From Tubiluchus corallicola (Eukaryota > Animalia > Priapulida), in the NCBI GenBank assembly GCA_030141605.1, contig JAQGDQ010000208.1, positions 323,079 to 387,078 on the forward strand: a stretch of 64,000 bases of DNA. Reading direction: 5' to 3'. Below are positions 13,463 through 28,100 of the stretch, piece by piece (the first letter of the stretch is position 1; every line of letters starts with the position of its first letter). A program made the position numbers and the translations under genes. The notes beneath the pieces are model-generated. The model saw nothing but the letters and a program-made list of their open reading frames with translations, did not search any database and was not told the origin of the DNA.

Positions 13463-13553
13463 TTATGAAAGCGGGTTGGCTCATGAAATCACACCCAAGT
13501 CTGTATCCATACGAGCGCGCACTGCACAGTGTTTCTTCTTGAATTGCCACCAT
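13463..13553 (-). CDS. ETS1/2: Candidate alternative first coding exon B (MVAIQEETLCSARSYGYRLGCDFMSQPAFI)
   Basis: atcATGG start context, 30 codons plus 1 nt, A|gtaagt phase-1 donor, promoter-like region upstream. Confidence 0.6.
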
Positions 13554-13599
13554 GATAATCAGAAGCAACTGAGATCATACCTGCGTCTTATTCAATATG

Positions 13600-14000
13600 C
13601 TTGCTTCTGACACCTGTTCTAGGGACGGGGGTGTTTTACTCATCGCTCGGGTTCAATTAATTTGAGAAAGCTAGCCTGCGCTTTTTCTCTCTTGTCATGT
13701 GATCAAATCCCATTGTTTGTTGGATAGCTGGGAAAAGATTAGCGTGGGACAGTGTGCTACAGCTAGCTGAAGTCCCCTCAACATTCCCACACAGAACCAC
13801 AGCTATAACAGGTGCATCTTATTGTTTGGTTATAATGGGCCCAGGTTATAATCAATGCCCACGGCAAAACAACACGGACTGTTATGAATCCCGTTACTGC
13901 ATTAACCTATGCGCCAATCAGCGCTCGAGGAGCGCGTCCCGTCATCCAATAAACGGGACACTAACAAAATGCAAGTAATTGTAACAATATTGGAGCATCT
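13600..14000 (-). promoter_or_regulatory. Putative internal promoter for exon B
   Basis: CpG-rich patch; CCAAT at 13914 and 13946; RBPJ/Su(H)-type TTCCCACA at 13784-13791. Confidence 0.4.
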
Positions 14001-16620
14001 TATTGTTATGCTGGGGACGCTTGTCATTACCATAGGAGCGGATTTATCAGAGAGTCCAGGCAGTTCATGGGAAAGTAAAAAGCACGCCGATTTAGGGCGT
14101 CTAACGGTGATTATTTGCAGAATATTGTAACTGTCCAAAGCCAGTTAATAACGGCATAAATCTAAATGCAGCTACAGCTTTGGAATGATTAAAATATTAT
14201 TAAACTTAAGGCAACAAGAATAAAATTAATGACAAGAATGCAGAAGAGGGCGCTTTTATTGTTCACCATGGTACGAATGGTATGATTTTATTCATAAAAT
14301 TTATTTATACGCAAGTAACTTAGATATAGTACACTTATTGGACATATTTTCGTATGGATTTAATAAACAATAATATAATCACGCGGTATACAGTTTTTTG
14401 ATGCGATAGGAGATATATATACCGTGAGAAAGTGCTTTGCGAATGAATGAAAATATAATGAACTGGGTACTGCTAAGCTTGAAGTAATTAAATTGAAGGC
14501 CCACGTTGTGAGACCCTTCATAAAACACACAAGACTGAAATGAATGAATTAATACAATAATGAATTAATGATTAAATGAAATATTCTAATCGCAAGATAC
14601 CACTATTTATTTTCTAAATAAATTTCTGATTTAAACTGAAATTGTATAGAACGTAAAAATATATTTAGATCAAATTTAAATTAAAAATAGTTTTACTGTT
14701 TCTCTGTTTTATCCAGTAAATAAAGTTCAAGAAATTAATTTGTAAGGTCCACTGCAGGACAAAAATGCCCCTATAGAGAAATTTACTGTAATAAGGTGTG
14801 TCTACTATTCTTCATCTTAAGATAGTGTATATATGTCGTTTACATTTTCAACTTGTAAAATGTCACTGCAAGTAGTTCCCAGGTGCTCGCACATTAGCAT
14901 ACACTAATAAAAATTAAACAGTAATCATCTAATAAATACTTGACCACTCAACTATGCTACAATCACCATTTCTGAAAATTGCCAATTTTCAGTGACTTCA
15001 TGTTTGAAAAGGAAGAGGACGATTTGTTTAAATGTGCGCGAATAAAATCGCTAATCAATCAATATAAAATCAGAATAAACTTCTATTGTTCCCTGGCTAT
15101 TATACAATATTATCTAACAGCACTTTTACAGCCTGGTCGTGAGTTAATTCCCTGGCTTGAAACTTTCTCACACTCGGTTATAGCGTCACTATTGCTACTG
15201 GGTAGATAGCTACCCTATTTGCGCTGATAACGGTATAATGATGAGGCGGAGAGACAACCCCTTGTTTCCGGCCCCGAGGACTTGATCATTAAAACGACAC
15301 TGAAAACAGGCTGTCGATAAAGTTTCGACTGACTTTAGCTCTTATAAAAGCGCTAGACTCAGCATCACGTTTGGCTCAGCATTACTCTCTGACTCTTTGT
15401 GTACTGCATGGTTCAGATTCATAATTATAACTTACTTACAGGGGTTTATATATTCAAAATTATAATATAACTAGTCACACTAAATTAAGCAGAGTAAGTT
15501 AAAAACAGATACATAAGATGGAGATGTACGCGACATTTTTAATAAAAAATAAGTTACTACAATGCCAAAAATCGAATTTACATCTGAAAATTATTTGCAC
15601 ATGCACAATAAAAATTCTTTGTACATTTTTGCTTATGCAGTACATGAAGGCATTAACTTTGCAGACACTTTTCTTTATTTATAGGCCAAATGCAAATAAA
15701 TTTCCAAAAAACAACAACAACGACAACAAAAACAAAAACTGCAATTGCAAACGTATTTCTATGAATAATAAAATAAAACGTTAAATTTTTTAAAATACGT
15801 CAAGAAGGAACAAAGTGTTGAAAGCCTTTTAGTGTGCTAACGCAATTATGCGGCGATATTAGCAATATGTTAATTAATGATATCTTTAATTTACTATATT
15901 TAATATTGCTGCTATTCTTTCCAAAGATTACTTCTGATAAATTTACTCTACATTTTATACTTCCTACAAATGCAACATAGTAAGTGGCTCATTGTTTAAT
16001 CTCATATAAGTTAACCCACCACAAAAATTCAAATTATGAAAAAAAACCACCACTTCCATCTTCCATAAACTGTGATTTTTCTATATTCACCATTACAAAG
16101 AAACTTTTTTTGTGTTTCTTATTTTAGTGACTCTATATGTTTTATAATGTTTTTGTGTCATGTTTTCTGAAGGCTAAAAATAATTTTGTTAACCAGCATA
16201 ACAATTGAAACTGTTCAGAACACTAGAAGGCAGTTAGTAATTTTTTATCTTCGTAAAATAATAACCGAAAAGTACTGCAGATGTAATTTAGCTATGAACT
16301 AATGTTTTCACTGAAGTATATGCATGCAGGTAATTTAACTGGAATATTTACGCTGGGCTACACGAGACGCTATTTGGACAAACTAACAACTGTAATTATG
16401 TAACCACTTCACTACCATTAAAATTAAAAACAGCTCGCATCGATTGCACGCACCGTGCTTAGCAATTTCAGCGTTTTATTCGAAAGCTTGTTTTTCCCAT
16501 TTTCATATCAAACTTATAAAAATATAAAAATCAAATAAAGAAACAAAACGTGACACAAAAGGATAACTGCAAAATGTTATTGTGCAAATATGATACGGAA
16601 TTATTGAAGTCATCTTTACG

Positions 16621-16930
16621 TAATACAATAATGTCGGCGGAGTGTTGTTTTTTATTATACATTGGTTATATTGTAAATAAACAGCAATAAGACTGGGCCA
16701 CGGCCGAAAAAACTGTTCTTTTCACCTGAAAGACCGCCATAACAAATCAAATAAACTTTTTAGGATCCCTGTAGCAGTTATTTGCACACTGCACAACGGT
16801 AGCAGTAGATAATTATTTCCTTCAGATTAAAATATAATCTATAGGCTGTACATATATACACACACGCACGCACACACATATATGCACATACATATATACA
16901 TACATGCACTATATATATATACATATATGG

Positions 16931-16993
<63 letters not shown>

Positions 16994-17182
16994 CGTGCGT
17001 GTGTGTGTGTGTGCAGCCTATAGATTATATTATACCTGAAGGTTACCAATGTGCATTGTGCAAAGAACTGCTATAGACATTCTAAAGTTTATTCAATTTG
17101 CGATAGCAATATTGATATATCGCAATATTTACCAATTTACAATATATAATAAAAACAACACTCCACAGCCATTATCGTATTA
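16621..17182. mobile_element. Foldback (palindromic) MITE-like element with microsatellite core
   Basis: Left arm segments (TAATACAATAATG…GGAGTGTTGTTTTTTATTATA; CTGTAGCAGTTATTTGCACACTGCACA; AATATAATCTATAGGCTG) recur as reverse complements at ~17014-17182. Core is (CA)n/(TA)n/(TG)n. Confidence 0.75.
16936..17012. repeat. (TG)n microsatellite
   Basis: Read directly from sequence. Confidence 0.95.
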
Positions 17183-18703
17183 TATGCATATTATACGTGC
17201 AAAAGCTACAATAGTAATAAAGAGAATGATGGGCCTGCTCTTATATTATGTTTGCAAGACATCTATTATTTTTCTAGAATATAAAGAAATCTTTAATACA
17301 TCATTACAAACACAAACAAATCCAAGGCGCCACTGCAAGTTTGAAAATTTTCGGCTACAGTAATTTACTTAATTCCATGCACTGCGAAGATAAAAATCTC
17401 TACGCGACTAAGTGGAGGGGCTAAGATTTGTAAAATCAACAATTTCCGGCTGATGGACGAGGTCCACTCGAAGCACCGTCCACTGTCCAGCAAGTTTATT
17501 TGTAAAATCTTCACGCGTGCTCGCGGCCACGTTAGTACGATGAACTGAGCACAGGAAGAGCTACTCTATAAACCTGTGTTTAACTCCTACGCTTCTGCTA
17601 ATCATGGTATACATCTGGGAATCTCTTAACCATCATTAATGGTGTATTAACCAAATCGTAATTCTTTCGCCGCGGTGCCGTGAGGCTAAATTTGGACGCG
17701 CTGTGCGTGTATGCGTGCAATTTAAGCACACGTGCTGGAAACGTGCTGGTCAGGTTGTACTGATTACTTAAAATTTAGTAAAACAGGCGATAAGCCATTT
17801 GACGCTCTGGCTAATGCTACTATAAACATCAACTTTTTTGCAACATACAGAAACTTAGAAAAATATTTTCTCTTAATTTGAAGACAACTATCAGTGATTT
17901 GTCTTAGCTTTCTGATACATTGATGTCGGGTATACTTGAACTGTTGAATCCATTCGCAATCTTTGCTAATCAATGTTCAGAGTCTCATCAGTAATTGACT
18001 TATAACTTATAACTGTTAATTCAATTAGCAAATTTAACGAGTGAATTGACTAAATTAAGTGCACGTGTATAAGTTTAAGTAATGTTTTTCAGTTTAGGTT
18101 TTAATTTAAAAATTTAATTATCTTAACACAAATGTAACCATGATATATATGTGAAACCTCACAATTACGCTTGTATCATGATCAACACATAAGTCTAACG
18201 CAGGTTTGAACCCGGATTTCTGATCCCAATTATACATCCCACATTGTGTGGTTGATATACACGGGTTAACACTTTACAGGTTGCTCGAGTGCGGTGCAGT
18301 CACAGTGCCCTATTAGTTGATGAATATGGTTAAGCTGTTTACACACAATCTTCCTGTTATTACAGATTGCGCGGCAGGGTTGGACACTTATAATTATACA
18401 TATCAAAATCGCTTTAATTTCGCCAACTATTTACATTCTTCGCGTGTGAGGTTCACGTGGAAAGATTTTTAATATTTTGGTTTATTGGGTTGCGTCGCAA
18501 AGCTGCAACACAGTAACATTAATAGAACTAAATCAATTAATAAGCGAAACGTCTTATATTTGGCTATCTACTAATTAGTAATTATGATAATTAATCAACT
18601 CAGACAAACAAAAAGAATTATAATTTGTGTAGGACTGTAGTGTACGGCTTACACGCCACAAACGGTTTGTGCACAAATTATGGTTGTGTGCTTAACGTTC
18701 ATG

Positions 18704-19100
18704 TACAGGGTGTCAGGAGATGAAGGCCCCTACATTTTAAAGTTAACACAAGTAGATATAAAAGCATTTTTAACATTTTAGTCATTATAATATTTCTTAT
18801 TTAATTTGCTTTTTAATATTATTTTCACTTTTTAATGTAAGAAATAAAAAATCAATCATTTTTAGAAAAATGATTAATGACGCCATTTCCATTGAGAAAG
18901 CAACACGAATCGTACCCCTATCTATTTGTGGCCCTTATATAGTTTTGCGAAAATCGACAGTTGTAGATGTGAAGATAAGTATTCTTTACTCAAAATTAAA
19001 TGCTATTTCTCACGATTTTGTCGGTTTTTTATGTATTCTTTTCCGATTCTTCTGTATAGGGGAGGCAATCATTTATTAATACTCCTTATGTATAAAGTTC
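18704..19100. mobile_element. Possible Tc1/mariner-type MITE remnant
   Basis: Starts TA+CAGGGTGTC, typical of mariner-like TIRs. Partner TIR not found; right boundary approximate. Confidence 0.3.
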
Positions 19101-22100
19101 ATGAACTTTGTTAGCACTTTTTACTTAACGAAATAAGTGTACGATGTCCGTATCAGCTTACAATTGGCAATGATTATTTTTATGACAATCTTTTGGAAAC
19201 AAATCAAAATGCATTAGTTGCCATATTGCTAACTCTGTCGAAAAGAATTTAAAATTAAGGAAATTGATTTACTCATAAACCAATGCATGCAAAAAATTCA
19301 TGAACAATAACATTATAAAACACGTAATACGTGTACATACATGCAAAATTACGGCGTAAAATGGCCGAAAAATAAACCTGAAATGTATGTGCAATGAATA
19401 CCAGCAGAGACTCTATATTACGAGGTCAAAAGCATGCATGTGACGATCAAAACAGTTAATGAATCAAGAAACGGAACTTCACTATAGTGATCATGCATGC
19501 AAAAAGAGTACTTGCATATTATGAATGAATGATGGAACAACGCCACAAAAAACTACTCTTACTTTATTTTACAAAAAAATAACTGATGCTTATGCAGCAA
19601 TACATATTATATGTAAGCCCGTCTTTATACTTACATAAAGAAATGAAAGGTCTATTATCGGTTATGACCCTTTAAACAATACCTTTTCTACAAACTTAAC
19701 ATTCTAAAAACAAAATTGACTGAATGTCTAAACAATCTAGGCGTTTAATTTTCCATTTTCCAGAAAAGAAACAAAAAAGTTACGCAAAAATGGATTTGAT
19801 TTCAATTTAATAGAATGCAGTGGATAAAGCAACATCTAAAGTTGGGAAAATAAAATTTAGGACAACATAAATAACAATGGCTATAACTCACAAGACAAGG
19901 GCGTGATAGATATAGCCACAATGAGAAAAAGTCGTACATCATACATGGTCACACGAATAGAATAAAACACTATAGAAAGAGAAACAAAAGAAACATGTAG
20001 ACGCTAGACTCAAACATGTGACAGGTTAAATATTTCAAGAAAAAGTAATAACAATTGTTACTGAAATGCACTTTATACGATTGTACAGAAAGCCCGAAAC
20101 AAAATGCAGATCCTAACTACATGAAATTATCTCCTCTGTGCATTCCAAAGCAGATTTAGAAAAGAAAGCTGCCGTCGAAAGCGTGCCAGCCACTTGCGCC
20201 CGATGCAAGACGGTCGTTAAAAATCCAAATCTCTGAAACGCCATTATGCTCTGGACACGCGTCATGAATCAAGAGAGTTGTGATTATCTTCAATTTTATT
20301 CGGCTACCAGCATAAAGAAACTACTGTCTTGGGGTAGAAAACAGCGTAATTTGGCTAAGCGTTCTGAACACTGACAGCAGTGAAATCACGGGTGCTGGAA
20401 GGGTAATCGCTACACTGAGTATTAACAATACTTATTTCTGCTTTCAATGTAGAATTGCCCGCCTAATGGAGTGATTTGCTGCGAGTTTAAAATTATACAA
20501 ATTAATAACTTTTGCTAAAATATAATGGATAATGCTAGACAGATGGATGCCGATTACATTTTAAAGAAAAATTCCGGCAGGTGGCCGTACTTGTGTAATT
20601 ATGATACTCTTGAAAGTGTATATTTATCAATGAGGAATGACAGACCTATGAATTTTTTGCATAAAACACGGTTAACAATAATTTTTTAACTTTTCTGTCG
20701 TGAAATCTGCACATGTGCCTCTGATGTCACTTGCAGGATTTTTTTTTAAAAATCACTCGTTAGGCATGTCAGAAAATAGAAATCTGCTACGTATTGCATA
20801 AAACGAAAGTTAAAAAGCCTATTTTTTATCAACGTAATAAGATTTTGCGCATTCTTGCTGATTTTCCTAAAAATAAATTCCAAGTCAAGCGTATTGCTGC
20901 TTTAATTATGACTATTATTCATTAAAAAGAGCATACACAACAGGCCCCATATTGAAAGCTTCATCAACCTGTCTGCCATTGCCTCTTAAAAAGATGAATG
21001 ACGTTTATAAAGCAGCAACCCCAGTAGCCCGGTTCTATGCGCCGCTGAATATGCATAGAAGTTTTTACATTGTAATAAAGATATGACCATAGACAAGATT
21101 TCGGCAAACAGATAATATTGTCTCCTATTATAAATGCGTGCCGACATTGCCATAGAAGGCATATACGACACACTATCATAATGTCTTTATTTAGTTTATG
21201 TGAAAGAAACATGAAAGAAGTATTTTTTTAATTTACGCAGCTTGTTTAACACACATACGAATTACTACTCATCTTTACTCAGTAAAAAAGTTATAAGCAT
21301 TAATGCATCCAAGTAACGTAACAGATACGAAAATATATATTGATGTCATATGACCAATCACAAGGTTCTTAGGACGTTAATATATATAAAATAAATCACG
21401 ATAGTTAGCCATTTAATTTTAAATTTCAGAAAAATGTTATATTTGCATTTCATTGCCACTGATCTATAACTATTAACACATAACGAATAGTTTTTGATAT
21501 TAACCCTATATAAAACTTGCCATTTTTAATGACAAACGTTAATTAATTACGAAAAATTATTTATGTGTTAACATACAACAAACAGTTCAAATTTCACAAC
21601 ACTATAATTATCAGTGACGTGAACTCGCGATTTCACAAACTTGATGACATTATTTGCGAGGTATATGTAATTTTCAACTACGAATGACCAAATTGGTATA
21701 ATACTATTTAACGAGGGTTAAACGTTTAAAATTATAATCAATGAAAAACGTTTATCGGTTATTAAATTTCATCAATGGTCGTCACGTGTCGCTGCTGTCG
21801 CGCTCTATCTGGGACATGTAAGCTTTAGTTGAACAACCTCTCATTAAAAGATATGCATGCAGAGATTTTGCTTGGGCAAAAACCTATAATATAATACCGG
21901 GCAAAAGGAGAGTGCCATCATACAATGTAGCTAATTTCAGATATCAATGGTTTTGTATAAAACACAGGAAATAGTCCAAGCCAGTGCACAGAAAAATCAC
22001 CCTCATCAGTGGTCAACCGAGTATAGAGAGAAGAACAATAATAACCAGGCAGACATAATTTTGTCAAACACACGTGATAGTAGCGCATGGTTAGTGAAGT

Positions 22101-25100
22101 TGTTCATTGGGGTTTTTCTTCATTTCTTTCCTGGTTCGTTGAGTTGCTGTAGAACATACAAAATGGAAATATCCGCATGAAATCACTGTAGTTTAAATGC
22201 CGTCATTGAGATGTTTAAACTGCTCACACGAATGCTAAATTGAAAAGATAATTTAGAGAATTGTGATTATCCAGAAATTTTAAATTCGCAACAATGTGTC
22301 TCGTTTTACTGAAGGGATCAGTGGTTTTAATGTATTTAAAAAATCGCGAAATAAAGTGGCACATGTATCTGCCAGTAGCACTAACAGTTGATAAAAAAAC
22401 TCAGATTAGTAGGAAAACAACGTTTTGGTGATTTTTAATAATTCGTGTCAGTTGCCAAAAAACTGCCTTAACGTCAGAGACCCGTGGTCCTTCAATGCAT
22501 CACACAAGTTTAAAACAATTAACATCAAGCTATTTATGAAGAAAACTAATAATGTATCTCTTTATTTTCACTAAGCCCGCACGTATTTTCCTTGCCATTT
22601 TTTTGTTTATTTTTTTATAAAATCAAAATTTTTTAATAACCTCGTTTTACTTTTTCAATAAACGACCAATCACTAAAGTGGCTTCATAATATGTTTAGCC
22701 TGAGAGTTAAATTTTCCAGATTCAAGTAATACTGCAAATATGAAACGTGAAATTACATTAATAAAATTTTAGGCAGCTTTTGAGCTGCAGGATGGGTTTA
22801 CTGATTTTATTACTTAATGTGCCATGGCTCCCTATATGCAATACATCCAACAGGCAAAAGCGAAAAGTATCCTATCAAACTTCGCAGCTAGAATGTAAAT
22901 AAATTATTTTCCTAATTTTTGTTCTATAGATAAAAAAATGACATTCTTTCAATCCAGAACTTAAAATTGAAAAAGACAAAGTGCCGCCTGGATCAGAGTC
23001 TTAGGTTGGAAATCTTGAAATTGTCATTGCTAGTTTAATAATAAGCGACACGTTAACGATATTAAAAGCGCTAAAATTAGTTGACAGAAGGTGGAAGTTC
23101 CAGTTAAGCATTTTCTTAGATATAATAAATTACATAAAGTAATAATGGTCTGACAAAAGGCCAAGGTAAATAGGCTATGCCTTATTCCTGGCTTTTATTA
23201 AAGCAAACTACTTTAAAAATATTTAAAAAAAGTACTTAAGGCGAATATTTTATTCTTTAATTTAAAACTGATAGGACTATAAGGAACACTTTTTTGTAAT
23301 CGATTTCATTACAGGAAAATGTTGGAAAGCGTTTGGTTTTCCAGTAGCATACAAAATAATTTTTTAATGATTTCAGGAAAGCAACCCGCCGCCATAACGG
23401 ACGTGGCACCATTTTTGGACGACCATAAAAACTTTCATAAGTAACACACTTGACACAGCGTTGACAGATTAAATATGGCCGATTTCGTAATTAACCAAGG
23501 GTAATACATTTAAGATTTCCTGTGTTATTATTCACGGACAGGAGAGGATGAATACGGTACGCACGAGGACAGCGAGGTGACAATGCGCCAGAACGCCAGA
23601 GAACCACCCGAGCCGAACCACGACAAGACCGGGGGTGTCGCACGTACGACCGAACTTCCTCCCAAGAACCGACAAGTGAAAGGAGGAGAACAATGAGGGG
23701 GAAATCATCATTTACATAGGCGATGAGCAGCGAATGTTGATGATACCATGTATACAACTCGTTAATAGCCACTTTTATGGCCCACTGTGCATACTTGCTT
23801 TTATTCTTTGCAACGACTTTTTCAGTCACTCGGAGTAGAGGATTGAAATCTGGAGAAATGTTAGTTTGGCGTGGTATGGTCGTCTACACCTGCAGGCAAG
23901 AACCATAAATGATAATTGTGGTTATAATAAGGCATCGTACGTATTTGATAATGAGTTTACAAACACAAAATATAAGCCAGATTTCCACACAGTTACATGA
24001 TTTTACAAACTTGGACACAGACCGTTACTGTCATTAACAATGCTGAGTTGTCATTAGAGCCGAGGTCTTCCATAGCAGAGTCCTCTAGTGGTTAGCTTTA
24101 CTTCACACGTGACTGTTTTTTCATCGCCAATTTTGACTAATACTACTGAGCAGTTATCCTACTTCAAACTAATTAATATATTACTATTTCTAATCGACTC
24201 TTCTATTTGGAGAGATTAATGACATAACTTCCTGCGTAAGTTTTTTTTACTGTGTCTATGCGCTGCATAAGTCCTACGCATCATAACCATTTTAGAAGAA
24301 AAATTTGTTTTGAGACTGATAAACAGGAAATTAAGTGGTGACAAATATTGACAAGCTATCAAGTGTTGAAGCATGCAGGCAAACACGACAGTGAATGACT
24401 CAGACGTCATCCCAGTTTTATTTAATTATAAGCTACTGGAGCATAAGGTCATTCTAAGGTAATATGGCAGACTGCAAGGATGTTCTTTAGTAAAAAAAAT
24501 AAAACTTAAGATTTTAAACTTTCATTTTTCTCCAGTAGATAAAACTACACCAGAGTGTTTTTCACTCAAGAAAAGGATCCTTTCTTTCCTTCTTACACAG
24601 TAAACATGAAATATATTTAGACTCAGTTATCACAGGTTGTGTTGCGCATTTTAAAATTACAGTAAACTGAGAAAGACAGTAAAGTGAAAATTACTTTTCA
24701 CAGAATTAATAAAAAAGATTCACATGGCAGTGAAAGCTGGCACTTGCTATTTTTTGTGTAGGTCAACACAATCTGCCAATATGGACGAGTGGCCTCGTGC
24801 ACTGAGTACGTCTCGTGACAGCACGTGTTAGTTGTTAGTGGAGGTGACGGTTTAGTCCATCAGGAAAAAAAGTGAAGTGAAATTCGGTTTTAACAAGTTG
24901 TATTACTTATTAAATCAACTTGACAAATAGCGAAATATTCAATGTTATCTGGGTTTCACCATAAAGATGGAAATCCCGCCGGAAATATTGAACTTAATTA
25001 AATATTTACCTGCTGTCTCATTGTAAATAACTTTCTTTTACTGTTCTCCTGCGGTCAAGTAGTGCGCCAAGTATTGACAAAACTGTTACAAACCGAACTT

Positions 25101-28100
25101 TGCTTGAGCTATGGTTTGCAATGTTTACTTAACTGCTCGTTGAAAATGCGTGCAGCCATGTATCTATGGTTATAAAATTGCTTTATTGCTGCTTAACCAG
25201 CAGTATGACGTTGAATCAAACAGAGAAAGCCGAACGACATAACTTAAAAATTGAGCTGCAATATGTGTCATCAATACCACCACCGCCACTGCTACCACCA
25301 CCATCGTGACCGTCGTCATCATCACCATCATCTAAATTGCAATGTATATCTTTTTTATAAATTCTGTGAAAACTAATTTTCAGTTTACTATCTCTCTCGG
25401 TTTACTGTACTTTTAAAATGAGGATTTGTGAGGTTTAAATTGTCTAACTTTTAGTTAATGCGTAAAAGTAGTAAATTTTTGTACCTAACCTATTTACGCA
25501 AGTTTTATAGTTTACATTTTAAAGTGCAGGTTTCATTTGGCAATAAGTATGCTCTGCGTCACAAAAGACAAATCACTCTTTTCGTTTTTAAGTAATTATT
25601 TAGTAACAGCATAATTATATAATGATACAATTATGCTGTTGTTTTACATTAAAACATACATTAAAACATGTTTTACATACATGTGAAACTGTGTTTTTAG
25701 CTACCAGTAGCTTGCTTAACATGTAATAACAATGGTGATTAAAAAGTATAGGACAGGCCATACCATAATATCACGAATCAAAATATAGCTTTCAAACGAG
25801 CTGCTGAATAACATTGCCATGAAATACTCCTTATTGATGCAAATTGCGACACAGGTAATAATTTAGAGTCAAATCTATATTGATCATATTTTATATTAGA
25901 TAAACCCAATAGACATCTTCTGCATTGCTAAAAAATGGCACGAAAACGTAGAGCAAAACTGTCATCAAATCAATTTTTAGACCCCGATGAGATATTAAAT
26001 TCGATTATAGCTGCAAAGCACGCAATGGGCGAAGATTTATGAAAACGTCCAATCCAAACACATTATAATCCAAGGACGATGGCTCTAATAACATAGTCCA
26101 AACACAAAACATTCATTGATGCAAAGCAGAAAGTTGCAGTCGAACAGGTTCAGATTCTGACAAAATTACAGCCATTTACTCATGCACTTACCAGGCGGCA
26201 GGCGCCACAACAGATTAATTTCTGCGAGATTTTTTTCCAAAACTGTCCAACAGGTGGAGACAGTATGCAGGAGGACAGATGTCAACAATTGTAAAAATGC
26301 GTTAGCAATAAAATTATGGACAAAAAGGTGAATCTGCTAGTCTGTGTAGTGGATACTGATCGATCTATATTGTAGAATTTGTCTATATCAAAAAACTTAC
26401 ACGTGACTATAGATTTCAGTTTAACTGTTTCACAATATTCTCAGTATCTTTTTACTGGTAAGCAAATGAGTGAGTGACCAGTTTAAACACACAATCATAT
26501 CGCCTCTAGCTATTTCTCTCGTTGATGGAGGTTAATATTCATGGCGACTCAAGCGATTCAGTCAGCTCAGCGTCCCTTCTTGATAATCCTTCATTGTGAA
26601 ATAGATTAAGGTCTGACCACAACTGTTGCTGCATGCCAACTGTGTAAAATAAGCTAAAAAGACCTATCCAAACTATAATAATATCTATTTGATATCTGTC
26701 TAGTATTTGTGCTGATTGTAGTTTCTAGAGAGTACGACTTCGGGAGAAAAATTGTAAGAGCTTGTCCCAAAAGTAAAACAGTAAATGAAGCAAAATGGAA
26801 CTGTACACGTCACATAAAGCAATTTTTCCGACACATCATTTTTGGCAAGCTAATGAAAGCCGAGAAACCGCTCTTTTTACTGACGAAAACGTGTAGCGGG
26901 GCAACAGTTAAGATATCAGCTACAATTCTGTGCAACATTAGCATCTTTCAAGATTAGTGAATGCGCCGTTTTTCAGCAGATTTCACACGCGCGAAGACAA
27001 ACTGTTGCCTGGGTTTTGCATCAGCCTCCCCCTGACATTCCTTCCCATGGGCAAAACAGCTTCGTTCCTATTGAGAATGAATAAATTTTGAACAAATGAA
27101 TCGGGCACACGTCTTAAAAAAGCGTGAAAGGATGAGATTTATTACCACAGTTGCCTTGGCAACGGCAATGACTTAATGGCGACGGCCAGCGATGCAAAAT
27201 GGAGTTGCACAACATGAATCTGAGGCGGACGAATTTATCAATGAAGTGTGCCCCGGAAGCAAAATTTCGATAGTTAAAAAATGGTTCCCTTCGATGTCAT
27301 TAAACCCATGTGCATTTGTGTTACAATGTTGTGAACACAGTCTAAGTTGGCCGTATGCTATGTGCAGTACACGTTTAATGGCTAACAGAAAATGTGCAGA
27401 AAGATTTGCGAGAAATCAGTCAAATACCAGACATACCCAGATAATAAAGTTCAGAAAAACTTGAATTTTCCCACAAAATTACAATAAGACTGAAAACACT
27501 TGCACGTTACGTCAAGTTGTCAGGTTTATGAACCATGTAGCTTAATTCAACTCAATGTCACGTTATAACGTTGTGAATAAACGTTATGAATAAAAAAATT
27601 TGAAAACTAATTAAATGTATCATTGCTATGTTCTCCTGACAGCTGGTGACCAAAAATGTAGTAAACTGTTTTTCTATAACCTATAGCAGAAGCAATGCAT
27701 TTCCACAAAATCACAATTATTATAATATTACGTTAATTTTAACAGGCAAAAGTTGCAAACAGTTGGACAGCAGCAAGTGAACTTGAAAAAATCTTTATAG
27801 CAGAACAGTTCTTTGCAGCAAAATCAACTACCTTCCTAGTAGAACTGGTAACGCATTGCAAAACTTATTACACTAAATTTATTAGAAGACAAATTACATT
27901 TTATTTGCAAAAATTGCAAAGAAACTGACCGCAAGACTTTTTACAACCCACCCAAGTTTTCAGCGCAAAAGAGCAGCAATTATCAAAATACTGTGTTCGT
28001 CTTGTTTTCGTAATAAACATTTGCTAATGTGTAATTGCCGTCAGGCAAAAACCAACGCACTACAATGCAAACAGACCTGAACAAAAGGTATAACAGCACA

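Noticed and set aside
16882-17076. Cys/Val-repeat ORF
   Set aside because: Translation of the (TG)n microsatellite.
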